Below the pieces are notes generated by a model. That model was not told the DNA's origin, ran no database searches, and worked only from the letters and a program-made list of their open reading frames with translations. Position numbers and translations under genes: made by a program. A stretch of 62,923 nucleotides of DNA, the filler included, from Octopus bimaculoides (lineage: Eukaryota): NCBI RefSeq assembly GCF_001194135.2. It is 4 parts of 4 records of this genome, joined end to end, with 100 filler letters (N's around TTAATTAATTAA, not from the genome) between each part and the next. Parts side by side here need not be neighbours in the genome. Positions count along the whole stretch, not along the records: positions 1 to 27,681 come from NC_068991.1; 3 more parts are not named here. One strand, given 5' to 3'. Positions 12,350 through 25,299 of the stretch are shown here, in pieces (the stretch's first letter is position 1; each line of letters begins with the position of its first letter).

Positions 12350-13620
12350 TAGATACGTGCTTCCGCTTATGACTAACTTGTCCAGCTTGAGAGAGTCAAA
12401 TACGGTTGCAGGTATCACAAGTTAGGAGAGAAGGATCACTGGCCACATGCAAACCTTTTTTTACCTCTTTTTTATCAGTCCATGTTTCTGCTTATTATCT
12501 TCAAACGAGACAGCACCTTATCGGATTTTCTCTTCCATTTTGGTCAGCCCATTGCATCACTCTTCCAGTTTGCGTGCATCATATTGAAAGTCTTTAGCGA
12601 TGTACTTATTAACTCTTTGAAACGCATTTTTGGTTTAAATTGAGGCATTTTTGCTCCTTGTTATCTGACGATAAAATAATTGTTTGGGTATGCGTTGATC
12701 AGATTCCCTTATCAGATGGCCAATCAAGCGAAGTCTGTGTCATTGAATTTCAGCTTTAATGTCATCCACACCAGCACTTCAAGTACTTTAGAATCTGGTA
12801 CCTTGTGCACCCATTTGATTTTCAGTTTAGAGCACAATTATCAGAGTAATCTCTCTATTGCGTTAATTAATATGTTACGAATTGGAGAATCAAACCAATC
12901 CCGATTATCAGCTTTTTGTAACCAAGGAATTCAGAAGAGATATCATATAACGTGTAGTTCACTCCCTTGAAGGTAGATCCTGAATTGATGCAAGATGTTC
13001 CTGGAAAGCATCCTGCACATCAGGGTTTTTAACTTTTCCTGGATTAATACGTCCTGGTAGGCTTTTATTGTAAAGCTGCTTGTGTCTAAGATGTATTGTC
13101 ATTTTATTTTTGCTCTAACAAGTGCGTCACTGGAATAACAGTCTGCTCCTTTTAAGGAACGCACATTAAGTATATCTTTTATATCTCTGTCTAACAACTA
13201 CAAAATCAATTAGATGCCGCTGTTTGGATCGAGGATGTATCCATGTGACATTCTTTATGATTAAACTGAGTATTCGATATCAATAAGTCCATTTCTGTAC
13301 AAAGTTGACTGAGTAACAAACCGATATCGTTCATTTTCCCAACCCCATACCTTCCAAAACACCTGTATGTGTTCTAATCAGTGCCAACTCAAGCATTAAA
13401 TCACTAAGCAAAATAATTTAATCAGAATTCGTTACACCATGCAAACACACTTTTAAAGCTTCATAGAATTCGAGTTTTGCTTCTTCACTGCTATCTAGAG
13501 TCAGTGCATATGCTCTTATAATTGTCGCATAGCGATCATCTCTTAATTTCATGCGTAGAGCCATGATTTTTTTCATTACTACAAAAAGACATACATGATT
13601 ACAAAAGAGTATAAAAGGAC
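12350..13620 (-). mobile_element. Old RTE (BovB-like) LINE: endonuclease domain joined to the C-terminus, RT core missing
   Basis: YATIIRAYALTLDSSEEAKLEFYE (endonuclease), ...NRDWFD, then LKIKWVHKVPDSKVLE, RLRLIGHLIRESDQRIPKQLFY and a terminal TCDTCNRI*LSQAGQVSHKRKH zinc-finger-like end. Confidence 0.7.
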
Positions 13621-13639
13621 AATATGACATAGCAATGAA

Positions 13640-15480
13640 AATAACACAGAGTGCTAACAATGATGTGAGAAAAGCCTGTGCAGCATTTAAGCCTTGTGTC
13701 ACTTGAATTGCTATCTTATGGTGCAAGTATTGCACAGATAGCACGTGAAAGGTTTCAAGTTTCCTTATATGTCTGTAGTAGGAACTCGACGCTTCTACCC
13801 CGTACAAAGGCGTGCTCAAAATACAAAATTTGGATACACTTTATTTTTCAAACTAACACCGTGTTCACCCCACAAGCGATGGGAAAGTTTTCTAAAACAC
13901 TTGTAGCCTTAGGTATTTTAATATTTATTTCATCATGAAGAATACTCTTAAAGTTTATTGGACTTTCAGGATATTTAAATGACCTGACCCATTTGAATGG
14001 CATACTGTCGATCATCACATTTGAATCTTGAGTGTGTTCTGTCCCAAGAATAAAACTTCAGTCTTCTTAATGCTGAGTAAGTCCAAATGCACGAGCTGCT
14101 GCAGCAAACCTGTCGACTGTTTCCTGAATTCCTTAAAATGTATGAGAAATCAAAATGCAACTATCAACGAACAGACAATCATGTACAATCTCTTCCTTGA
14201 TCTTTTTCTTTGATCTGAAGCTTTGCCCATTTACATTTAGTAGACCTAAATTTTACACCATGTTAATCCCTAAAATCATGTTGGAGCATTACAGAAAAGA
14301 ATTTTGCAAATAGTACTGGGGCTAAAAAGCAGCCTGGTTTATTTCCTGTGGAAACAGAAAACGCTTCTGAACATTGACCGTTAGATATCACTGTTACCCT
14401 CATTCCTTCGTGCAAAGATTCTATTACCCTTATCATTTTATCAGGAAGACCAACTTTTGACACAATTTCCCAAAGCGCCTCACAATTTACTGTATCAAAA
14501 GCCTTAGTCAAGTCAACGAAGACCATGTACAAGTCAGTATTTTGCTCACGTGCTTTTACTTGAACTTACCGACAGGTAAAGGTCATGTCACCTGTACCTC
14601 TTCCAGCTTGAAATCCACATTAGAATTCAAGATATATGCTGTTTACTACATGCTTATCTATAAGGTTAATAATCACCCTCGCAAGAATTTTCCAGCTATG
14701 CACAGCAAACTAATTTCCCTGTGATTATCACATAGACAGATCTTCCCTTTTTTTTTGTACAAGTTCGTCATAAATGCATCTTTGAACTGTTGGAGAACAG
14801 ATCCACTTTTGCAGATCAAGCAGATCAACTTGCGTAGATTTTTAAGTTATCTACCACCATGTTTGTACACTTCTATTGGGATGCCATCTTGTCCGGGAGC
14901 TTTACCATTGGAATCTATTTTTTTAATAGCAGCTCTTATTTTTTCTCAGAAAGGATCTTCCGCAAGTTCCTCAATTATAGGCTTCTGAAGGATTTTATTG
15001 ATTACTTCAGGATCGGTAGTGGATTTTTGATTTAATACAGATTTAAAGCGTTCAGTCAATCTTTTCATTGTTTAAGCATTTTTTTTTTTTTGGCCTGTCG
15101 TTAGAAAGAATAGGTTCGCCTTTGGGACCAAATACATCTTTCAGACTATCATGCAATGCTCTGAAGCTGTAGGAGTTAGCAGCCAATTTCCAATGCTTGA
15201 GCATTTTTTACCCACCAAGAATTTTTCATCTCACACAATTTTTATCTGAGCAATTTTCTTAGAGGAAATGTACAGAGGTTTTAGTGATATTGAGTTTTCT
15301 TTTGTTTTGTTTTTTTTAATCCATGCCTTGTATCTTTTGTGCATAGATTTTAGGAGAGGTTTGACTTCAGAATCATTCCCATCGAACTAATATTGATGAT
15401 TGCGTTTGACAAATCCTTGAACATCTTCAGCAGATAATTTGATGCTGTCACGAAGATTATGTCACAAAACTTACCTCTAT
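13640..15480 (-). mobile_element. Old RTE (BovB-like) LINE fragment: linker plus reverse transcriptase
   Basis: FDGNDSEVKPLL, GKAPGQDGIPIEVYKHGG, MYMVFVDLTKAFDTVNCEALW, GNKPGCFLAPVLF, LFVDSCILISH (FADD-like), VDRFAAAARAFGL, LYGVEASSSYYRHIRKLETFH. Confidence 0.85.
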
Positions 15481-15494
15481 ATTTTTAAGTTTTG

Positions 15495-17885
15495 AATTTA
15501 TATTTTTCTATCTTTCCTTAATACTGGTTCCCATATGCTGCTCATATCTGCACTCGGTCTGCTTCGGAGGTTGTTTTGTCCTAGCATATGTGCTACTTCT
15601 TTTAGTTTTCCTATTTTCTAATGGTGTTCTCTGTCTATTATTTTGACTTCATCTCACGGGGGGGAGATGGTCTCCATTTTTCCATACATGATCAGCTATA
15701 CCCGATTTATCAATATCTCCTTGTGTCACAGCTTTGCGATATTCTTCTACCCTTATTTTGAGGGGACGACATGTTTCGCCTTTTTATAACCTACCACAGC
15801 TGCATGGGATGGAGTACACGCAGTCTTTGGTCATATTTTCTTCTATTGGTGGTTTTACCCGAATGAGATATTTGCGAAGTGTTGTATTACTCTTGAATAC
15901 TGTCCTGATGTCATATGGGCCGCATTTCTTTCGTATCTTTTCGGAGAGGCCTTTCACATAGGGTAGACAGACTGTGGACAGTTTATTGTCTTCATCCTCT
16001 TTTTTCTTCATAATTGGAGTAGATAGTATACTTTTGGGGTAGTTGTTGCTTAACAGATCGTTATTGAGCTTGATCATTTCTTCGTGGTGGGTATCATGAT
16101 CGCTACTTATATTCTTTGCACGATGTTTTAGGCACTGAGCAATCCCTCTTTTTACACGGTATGGATGGCGGGAATTGAAGTTGAGGAATCGTCTAGTAAA
16201 GGTCGGCTTGCGGTATACGGATGTCCTGAATCCATACTTGGTGCGTGTTATTAATACGTCCAGGAATACTAGCTGATTGTCTTTTTCCTTTTTCATTGTG
16301 AACTGTATGGATGGCTTTTTTGAATTCACATGATCTAACAGCACTTGGGCATCTTCCTGGTGGGGCCAGAGTATAAATGTGTCATCAACATATCGTAGCC
16401 ATAGTGTTGGTTTTAGTGGTGTTGATCCTAAAGCCAAATTCTCAAAGTATTCCATGTATATATTGGCTATTACCGGTGATAATGGCGAACCCATAGCTAA
16501 ACCCTCCTTTTGTCGATATATATCAGCGTCCATACTGAAGTAGGTAGCTACTACACAGAAGGTCAACATTTCCATCAAGTTTCTTATTGGTATACTAGTG
16601 CATTCTTTTAGATGGGTGTCTGTCACTAGTTTTTCTTGTATCACCGATAGTGCTTCACCAGTTGGGACTTTTGATGAACAGGTTTATCACATCTAGACTC
16701 ACCCTCTGGTTGGATTCAATGGGGGTATCCTTGATCAATTCTGTGAAGTGGGTGGAATTCTTCACGTACGATGTTGACTTTCCTGCTAATGGACTGATTA
16801 TATCCACAAAGAAGCGGCTCAGTGGATGTCATGCTGAACCTCTACAGATCACTATAGGTCTAAATGGAATACCATCCTTGTGAATCTTAGGGAAACCGTA
16901 CATGTGTGGTAGTTTACTGTAGTGTTGAGTCAGTTGTCTGTACTTGATTGGTGTAAAGTGATCTTTGTTCTTGATCAAGATCTGTGACAACTTCCTCTCT
17001 GTTTTCAGAGTTGGGTCTTTTTTTTTCTTTGCTGTAGCTACCATCACTTATAAGACTTACCAATTTTTCAGAATAGTTAGACTTGTTCAACACCACTGTA
17101 GAATTTCCCTTGTCCGCTGGAAGTACTATGATGGAATTGTCACTCTGTAGTCTTTTGGTAGCGAACTTTTCTTCCTTAGTGATGTTTGGTTTAGAAAGTT
17201 TTGCTTTTTCTAGTATGTCGCACTTTCCGTCTTCGTTCATCTCCCTGAGCTTTTGGTATCTTTACGGCTATCCCTTCAATAGGGGCTATTATGTCCAAGT
17301 ATGGAATACACTTGATGGTTGTCGCAAAGTTGAGACCTTTGTTCAGAACTACTTCTTCAGAGCTTTCTAAATGTCGGTTACTTACATTAATTACTGTTTT
17401 CACGGGTGGGTGACGGATTTCAGTCTTCATTCTCTGACCTTTGAGTTTCATAAACTTCTTAATCTGGCGTGTCTTCACCATTTGAAATTCTTTCATGTAT
17501 GACTTTTCCAGATCTTGTTGGATTCTCTTTCTATCATCAGCTCTGGTTATTTTTCTAAGTGATGAAGATAACCTCTCTTTGATTTCGCTATTTAGTTGAT
17601 GTTTTTTCCAACGGTTGTAATGGATCCTCTCACGGACGTGGGCATGTCCTGCCCTTTCCGCTCCTCTTTTAGCTTTATGTGAATCGACTGGTGTCATTAT
17701 ATTCAAGCCAGGTGGTATTAACTTTGTGTCTCTACATCTACATAAGAAAGTTAGATGGTTTGAAAGACGAGCTAGTTTTTGATGGAGTTTCTCTATATGT
17801 CTTCATGGAAGTCTAATGTCGGCTCCGTACCGATTAGATAATACAGTTCTATATTTAAGAGATGAGTAATTATGTGCATTATTTA
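15495..17885 (-). mobile_element. Penelope-like element: RT plus GIY-YIG endonuclease ORF, frameshifted, 3' pLTR absent
   Basis: VINVSNRHLESSEEVVLNKGLNFA; VLPADKGNSTVVL; PHMYGFPKIHKDGIPFRPIV; GLAMGSPLSPVIANIYMEYFE; WLRYVDDTFILW; IQFTMKKEKDNQLVFLDVLI; CVYSIPCSCGRL*KGET (GIY-YIG). Confidence 0.95.
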
Positions 17886-17918
17886 ATAATAATAATAATT
17901 ATTATTATTATTATTATT

Positions 17919-17974
<56 letters not shown>

Positions 17975-17996
17975 CAACAATAATAATAATAATAGC

Positions 17997-18032
<36 letters not shown>

Positions 18033-18040
18033 AACAACAT
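17885..18040. repeat. Compound (TAT)n(TAA)n(CAA)n microsatellite between the Penelope ORF and its inverted pLTR
   Basis: Direct reading. Confidence 0.95.
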
Positions 18041-18215
18041 CAAAAAATACCTTAGGAATGAGAACTCTGGTTCGAAATTTCCCCCAAGACACCTGATGAA
18101 GGCTGGAGGGTATATCAGCCGAAACGTTGTGTTAACAACAAACAAGATGAGGACAAATACCTGATGAATGTAAATAATGTAAATAATGTAAATAATGTAA
18201 ATACTGTAAATAATG
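18041..18215 (+). mobile_element. Penelope pLTR fragment, inverted relative to the adjacent ORF
   Basis: Contains AAGATGAGGACAAATACC..AATGTAAATAATGT, the same segment that precedes the ORF on the sense strand at 62199-62240; ends in (AATAATGTA)n. Confidence 0.8.
18088..18133 (+). ncRNA. Minimal type I hammerhead ribozyme (PLE-type)
   Basis: GACAC-CTGATGA-A-GGCTGG(agggtata)TCAGCC-GAAACGTT-GTGTT: stem I GACAC/GTGTT, core CUGAUGA and GAAA, stem II of 6 bp, palindromic ACGU in place of stem III, predicted cleavage after GUU (18128). Confidence 0.8.
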
Positions 18216-18644
18216 CCCCCAGAACGTTGTTGAGATGTCATTTTTAATTACCGCTTCTAGCTTACTAATTCATCTTCCAATCTATTGCTTTCTATCACTA
18301 CCTCTTTGCTAAACGCCGTTGTCTCACATTGAATTGCCCAAAAATACCTGTAGGATTGTGTCTTTTTTTATTTTCTTTGGGACAACATTCATCTTTATTT
18401 CTGCCTGTTGGTAATATTGTCAATTGGATAGACATTTTTTTATTACTACTGAAAGTCCTCCCTTCCGACAGATGTGATGACTTCACTAAAAAACCAGAGG
18501 ATAACACTTAGGAATCTTAAATAATTACAAACGAAAGTAGAAGTGGACAGGATAAGATACGCCACCGGATACGTCAGCACATCTCACTCAGCAAAAAGCC
18601 ATATTTAGCAGTAACCACTGACTCCAGACTATTGAATATTTTCA

Positions 18645-21402
18645 TCTCTAAAATAAGAATAATGGAAGTCTGTCGGGGTTCGACAATGACGTCAGTGACG
18701 CCAGAGGTGGGAGCGGAACCAAAAGGCAGACGCGCAGATGCGGCCACATGTTGTGCACGTAACAGCAGAAGTAGGGTTGGGGATCCTCTCTTTTCGGGCT
18801 TGTCGCTTCAACTGCAGGCTCTTGGGGCACTTTTCCTCGAACAGCCTAACACCCTTTTGGATAGCTGGACGCCAGGCGCCGCGGTCAGAGGCAAGCGATT
18901 CCCAGCCACAGGCTGAAATGCCGCAGACCTCAAGGGAAGTTTTCTTGTATCTGCCGTACTGAAAAGACCATATCTATTGTCCCCCTGTTGTTCCTAAATC
19001 CACACTGGCTCTCTGAGACCACGTCATCCAGCAGGTGATGTGTGATGCGGTTCAGAAAAACACGGGCCATGATCTTTNNNNNNNNNNNNNNNNNNNNNNN
19101 NNNNNNNNNNNNNNNNNNNNNNNNNNNNNNNNNNNNNNNNNNNNNNNNNNNNNNNNNNNNNNNNNNNNNNNNNNNNNNNNNNNNNNNNNNNNNNNNNNNN
19201 NNNNNNNNNNNNNNNNNNNNNNNNNNNNNNNNNNNNNNNNNNNNNNNNNNNNNNNNNNNNNNNNNNNNNNNNNNNNNNNNNNNNNNNNNNNNNNNNNNNN
19301 NNNNNNNNNNNNNNNNNNNNNNNNNNNNNNNNNNNNNNNNNNNNNNNNNNNNNNNNNNNNNNNNNNNNNNNNNNNNNNNNNNNNNNNNNNNNNNNNNNNN
19401 NNNNNNNNNNNNNNNNNNNNNNNNNNNNNNNNNNNNNNNNNNNNNNNNNNNNNNNNNNNNNNNNNNNNNNNNNNNNNNNNNNNNNNNNNNNNNNNNNNNN
19501 NNNNNNNNNNNNNNNNNNNNNNNNNNNNNNNNNNNNNNNNNNNNNNNNNNNNNNNNNNNNNNNNNNNNNNNNNNNNNNNNNNATCGGCAGAGCCCACAGG
19601 TGCCATTGCATTTAGCGTGGGGCCATACACGTCTTTCAGGTCGGCAAAGAACTTGGAGTTGTGCTCGTCTGCATACTGCTGTAGTTCTGCAGCCTTGTTT
19701 TCTCACCACTTGCCTTTCATCTGTCGCAGCTCAGTCTGCACCTTTCCTCTGATGTTCTTGAGGAGATCGTGCTTGGCTTGGGAGTCTTTGTCGCTGAGCC
19801 AGGCTGTGAAGGCTTCTTTCTTCTCCTGGAGGAGGTTGGTGATCTCCTTGTTGTCAAACCAGTCTTGGTGTTTCCGTTTTGTGTGGCCAAGGGTAAGGCT
19901 GGCAGAGTATTACACTGCATCCCGGAAGTTGGCCCTCTGCTGGCAGACGTTCAAGCTGGTTCGCAAGTTTGGCAATGAGGGTCTCTTTTGTTTTTGGTTC
20001 AATAAGTTTCTTTTTAACATCAGCTTTCTGGAGTCTGTGTCTGCTGACGATGGAAAAGGACAGCCTGCACATCAACAGTAGGTGATCTGTCCAGCAGTCA
20101 GCTCTCCTCATTGCCCTAGTGATGCGAACATCATGGATGTCAGGGCGCCTGGTGATCACATAGGCAATCAGGTGCCAGTGCTTCGACTTTGGGTGCATCC
20201 AGGTAGCCTTGTGGAGGTCAGGCAGTTGGTACAGGATATTGGCGATGGTGAGTCTCTGTTCAGTGCAAAAGATGAGTAGCAGTTGACCGTTGGTATTCTC
20301 ATGTCCGATGCCATGTGGCCTGATGACATCTGTCTAAGACTGGGCATCTCAGCCTACACGGGCATTGAAGTCCCCGGAGTATCAGCAGCTTGTCGTCTCT
20401 AGGAACATCCCGTAGCACTTTAGTGAGGTTCTGATAGAACAGCTCTCTCTGCTCCAGAGTGTAGGTCGCAGTGGGGGCGTAAGCACTGATGAGTGTCAGG
20501 TGCATCTTGCCTTGGAGAGGAATTCTCATCAACATCAGGCGGTCGCTGATTTCTCTTGGGAGGGACCCCAGGTTCTTGACGAGGGCGGTGCGAATGGCAA
20601 AGCCAACTCCTGATTCCCTGCGTTTATCCAGTGCTTTCCATGAGGGCAGCAACATCAATGCTGTATCTCTGCAGTTCACGACCCACAAGTACTGTTCGAT
20701 GTTCTGGTATGTCACAGTTTTAGTTGTCTATGAGTGTCCTGATGTTCCAGGTTCCAACACATAAAGTGCTTTTCCGACAGGGGGATTTTGGGTTCTTCTT
20801 TCGTATTTCTTTCATGTTTCGACCGCGTGGTAGATGACCAGNNNNNNNNNNCTAGACCCTTCCTCCTAAGGGGGAGAGCAGTGCTATCCCTGAAGAGGCT
20901 GCTCCGTCGTCAGAGTGACTGCTAAACTATGCCCTTGCCCCGGTAGGCTGCAGAACGACCATCCTTCCCTGACCGCCCGAGAGCAGGTCCATGGCTAGCA
21001 GCTCCCAGCGCCATCCTGCACCTGCCACCGTCACCACTCACCCATCGCCTCAGGACTTGGAAGAGGAAGAAGTAGAGGGGTGGAGTCACTGAATCCTGGG
21101 CAAGAGAACTGTGGAAGCCTTGGGTTGCCCAAACCCAGGACCCCCCCTCTCGGTCCAGCCGATCTAGCCAGGAGGGACGCAGGACGACACATCCTAGCCA
21201 TAACTAGACTGCGGGCTATGCCGGAGAGATGATGGACTTCATCACCTAACCGCCTTTGGGGCTCCACTCTGGATTTGGATGCAGTTTACTCCCTAGCCTT
21301 TGATTAACTAAAAAAAAACCTACCCGCAAGGCAGTGGGAGACTCTTGGTGGGCGGGGACGTCTCACTACCCGTACAGGATCAGGAGGACCTGCCCACTGC
21401 CC
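18645..21402 (-). mobile_element. RTE (BovB-like) LINE with 5'UTR, endonuclease, linker and 3' end; RT core internally deleted
   Basis: ATG at 20815; CVGTWNIRTL, SGVGFAIRT, LISAYAPT, WMHPKSKHWHLIAYVI, DCWTDH; after a gap KIMARVFLNRI...SQCGFRNNRGTIDMVFSVRQIQE joined at ~18940 to LEVCGIS...SDRGAWR...CTTCGRICAS..RSHLWRH*. GC-rich 5'UTR at 20870-21402. Confidence 0.92.
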
Positions 21403-21499
21403 ATACTATATATACAATTTAAAAAAAAACACTATACAATACACACACACAGAATCCAAAATGCAACATACACAATACACACACACAAACACACATAGT

Positions 21500-21705
21500 T
21501 GAATGGCCGTTGACTACTTTGTAGTTCCTCCGCCCTTTGACGGGTCTTATTTTTTGTCCCACAGGGTGTTCAACAAGCACCCATCTCACCAAAGCAAGCC
21601 TGGTGGGGTTGCCAGTTTAGTCGCCGACGACCTGACCATGGAACAGGTTGTACTGGGCTACATGGTACCAGTAGCACTCGAGAGCGACCTGACATAATCT
21701 CTAAA
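21500..21705 (-). mobile_element. Possible 5'UTR fragment of another RTE family
   Basis: GC-balanced island with minus-strand GTCAGGTCGTCGGCGACTAAACTGGCAACCCC...CCCTGTGGGACAAAAAATAAGACCCGTCAAAGGGCGG. The assignment rests on recalled similarity only. Confidence 0.3.
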
Positions 21706-23424
21706 AATACCATACATCTCTAATATACCATACACGCAATTATTAGTGTTCGTGTACAGCGGAGCTTCAGTATACGAACTTAATCCGTTCCAGAAACCTG
21801 TTTTTTAACCAAATTGCTGAGTAATTGAAATACACCAGACCAAAATTCCATATAAAGGCATGAAATGATGTTTTATTTTTCAATCTATCAATAGCAAATA
21901 CATAAATGTATACGTATATGTATACATGCGTGCATGCATGCGTTTCTCCCTTTGTCTTACTTCTGTAGATCCATGATTTTAGCAAAAAATATGATAGAAT
22001 TTATTAATTTCAATATGAAATATGAAAACCTGCAAGTTACATGAAATGCGTACATGGACGTTCATACACGCTCTTCCAGCCACCTATATGTGTTTGTAGC
22101 CTTCTCGTGGCTTGTTGTTCAAATTCCAACCCACTAAGCGAATGGGCTTCCAATCATTTATTTGCGTATGTAGTCTCCTTGTAGTTTGTTGTCCAAATTT
22201 CAACTCGCTAAGCGAATGGCCTCCTAATCAATACGCGTGCGTAGTATACTCGTTGTTCGTTGATCACATTTCAGCTCGTTACCTGAGTTTAATTTTCTAC
22301 AGAAAAACCTTTCGCTATTCAATCAGAGAACCGTTCGTATATATGTACGCTACTGTATAACCTTTTTATTAAGGACTGTTTAAATTCATCCCTTAGAGCC
22401 TTCAGTAAACAAATCTCTTGTTTCTTAGAAATTGCTTCGATGCCTTCTCTAAAAAAAACAAAAAAAACACTGCAAGTGGGGTGGGGACTGTACGAAATGA
22501 AGAGGGACGGACTAATTACCATGCTTAATAAAATTAAGCTAGTATTTTATACTTTTTAAATTCATCCAGCCTCATGGCGGAGGAAGAAGGCTTATATGAA
22601 TGCAAACAATTCTATCGTCACACTAATAAAGAGGGGTGGCGATAAGAAACAGAAAAGTTTCCTAATAAGTTTTAATGGAGTGTATATGGTATTTTTCAGT
22701 TCAGAACCTTGGTGTTTAACGATGTACTGTTTATATTTCTGAATAATACATTTTATTAGTGTTCGACAATTTATATTCTCAAATAATACGCCTGATTAAT
22801 GTACAGCCGTTTAAATTCCCCAATGATGCATCTGCTTCGTGTTCTGCTATTTATACTTCAAAACAAGCCACCAGTTTCTTTCGGGATTTCCGTCAGCAGA
22901 ATCTTTTCCCGTTGCAGACATTCGAAGCAAACCTCCGGTATGCAAATAATTCGTTAGCCAGTGTTTGTTCCATCAGTCTCGGTTGTCCTTCTGTCAAGGA
23001 AACTGATAAAATCAAAAAATAAAATAAAAAATAACAAGAACCAATTAATTCAATCAGACATGCTCAATAAAACATCATGACAAAGGTATTTATATGGGAT
23101 CTCTTCATTTACTAGAAATCGCTAAGAAATTACTATAAAATCACACCCTACTGTCTGAAAAAAGATAAAGATATATTCTACAACGTAGGCACAAATACAT
23201 TATATCTCAAAAGATAAGACGGCATGGTCACAGATAGAAGGTTTACAAAAATAGCCGTCCAAAAAGAGTTATCTATTAAGTTAAACATGGACAATTACAA
23301 GAAATCCTTATCACATGAGCCAAGGAAATGGGATAGAGCTCAGGAAATAAGACTGCCAACTCTTCCTCAAATTAAACCCTACAGCTTTAAAAGAGGTCAC
23401 GTACAATGCAGTCTTAGATATTGG

Positions 23425-23630
23425 TATCAAATTTTGGCACAAGGCCAGCAAGTTTAAGGATGGGGTAAGTCGATAACATCAACTCCAGTTCTCGACTAGT
23501 AATTTTTCATCGAAAGGATGAAAGACAAAGTCGACCTCGGTGGAATCTGAATTCAGAACGCTAAGACGGATAAAATGCCACTAAACATCTTTGCCCAGTG
23601 CGCAAATGTCTACTAGCTCTCTGCCTTAAC
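23425..23630 (-). mobile_element. SINE family B (tRNA-like head plus central domain), decayed
   Basis: Shares GAAAGGATGAAAG.CAAAGTCGACCTCGG.GGAAT.TGAA.TCAGAA with 28418-28929 and 40575-40750. Confidence 0.75.
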
Positions 23631-23945
23631 ATACGGTCTTTGATATCAAAATAATCGGAATAGTCGCGATACACACTCCTGTCACAGCGTGGGACTTTGA
23701 AGACTGCTAAAATGCAAGAAAGTATACTAGTTCCTAAATTTTCAATACTTAATATTTAATATTCAATATTCAATATTTCATTTATTCAATAAGACAATCA
23801 ATACTTAATTTCATTTTACTGAATATATTATATATTCTATATCCTACATTAATATTATAAGAATATAAATAAAGCATAAAAAACAGACAGATTTGGAATT
23901 CCTTTGAATAATATATTCCTCTATACACTATCATACAAACCCCTT

Positions 23946-23949
<4 letters not shown>

Positions 23950-23998
<49 letters not shown>

Positions 23999-24072
23999 TA
24001 CACATTCACACATATACACACATAATGAAACATACATACATATATAAATACACATGTATATATGTACATATA

Positions 24073-24119
<47 letters not shown>

Positions 24120-24125
24120 GTGTGA
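23950..24125. repeat. (TA)n/(TG)n microsatellites, representative of dozens in the window (e.g. 11058-11143, 25026-25084, 38790-38860, 44510-44700, 54490-54645, 58256-58350)
   Basis: Direct reading. Confidence 0.95.
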
Positions 24126-25299
24126 TTATAAGATCCACCGAGCTAAGTATAAGAAGCATGTAAGGTTTTGAGTAGTCTGTGGTTGGTATAAAAACAATGT
24201 TCAGGAACAATAATGATTTATTGGCGCTGCAGGTTGTAAGCTTTTCACATATCGAAGTTCGATAAGCTGAAAAAAAAGTTGAATTGCTATGAATGCAAAT
24301 AAAAATCCAAATTAGGGGAGTAGAGGAGGTAAAATTCAGGCTGCATATGTTTCTTAGTTAGCAGATCCTCTGATGTAATAATTACTCAACAAAGAGTACT
24401 CAGCCAGCTACTCATCATAATAATTACACGTGGGGCAACTCGCCGAGGATCTTCGGCGAGTTATCTTGGGATTCCTTAACGACAATGTAACCTTTATATA
24501 ATTAAGGTGTTTTCGGCCTGATGACTATAGCTAGCTCTCAGCTAGCTATACTCTTTATTTGTGTGAGTGTGCGTGTGTGTGCGCGCGCGCGTCGTGCGTG
24601 CATATGTGTGTGTGTATGTGTGTATGTATGTATGTTCGTATATAATGATGAAAAAGAAGTTAAAGAATAGTTTATAAACACTGTGCAAGCATCAAATCCG
24701 ACTAAATTGTCTGAATGTCACAGTAATCCACATTGGTTGTAAATTCAGTTTCTGACTCCTGTTCAATTTGTAAATTCAAACACTGTATGGATACAGTTTA
24801 AATGCAGTATATAGTCACAGAGTATAATAGCAAAGCACGAAAGAATGGTGATTTATTCATGATCGATTAGCTAAATACGTTTCAAACAGAATAGCGTATC
24901 TCAAAATGCAGCAATGAACACTTAGACACAAATTAATCGATTCCATATTTGATCGATTAAAATACTACAGAGGGGAATTCAACACCACCCTATTCTTATC
25001 AGAACAAGATACATAGATAGACAGGTACATACATACATACATACATACATACATACATACATACATACATACATACATACATACGGTCTGGATAAGCTTG
25101 GATTTTCAGAAAAAAAGTAACCAGCCAACTAACTCACGCATTAAAAATGTAATCTGTAAGCAGAACTCTTCTAAGGTTTAAAATAGGACATTTTTTCATT
25201 ATCTACATTCCAGCATTCTTTGTTAGAAACCAGCCAGCCCTCTCTTCAAAAGGAGAATCTAAATAATGAAAAACTCAAGAAAACATCCATACATACACA

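Noticed and set aside
12350-15480. Idea that the RTE pieces are one element with permuted segments
   Set aside because: The pieces overlap in protein coordinates at both junctions (around WFD and around IKW/IRW) with different sequences, so they are separate copies.
21560-21690. HDV-like ribozyme in the putative RTE 5'UTR fragment
   Set aside because: CCAGT/ACTGG (P2-like), GG, a TCG/CGA mini-P4 and CTAA (J4/2-like) are present, but P1, P3 and L3 cannot be paired in this copy.
22112-22222. Two ~40-bp direct repeats 75 bp apart as a CRISPR-like array
   Set aside because: Only two diverged units in eukaryotic DNA with no cas genes; an ordinary local duplication.
24518-24553. CTGATGA followed by a hairpin as a hammerhead
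   Set aside because: No GAAA follows the stem, and the GA of the motif is part of the hairpin itself.
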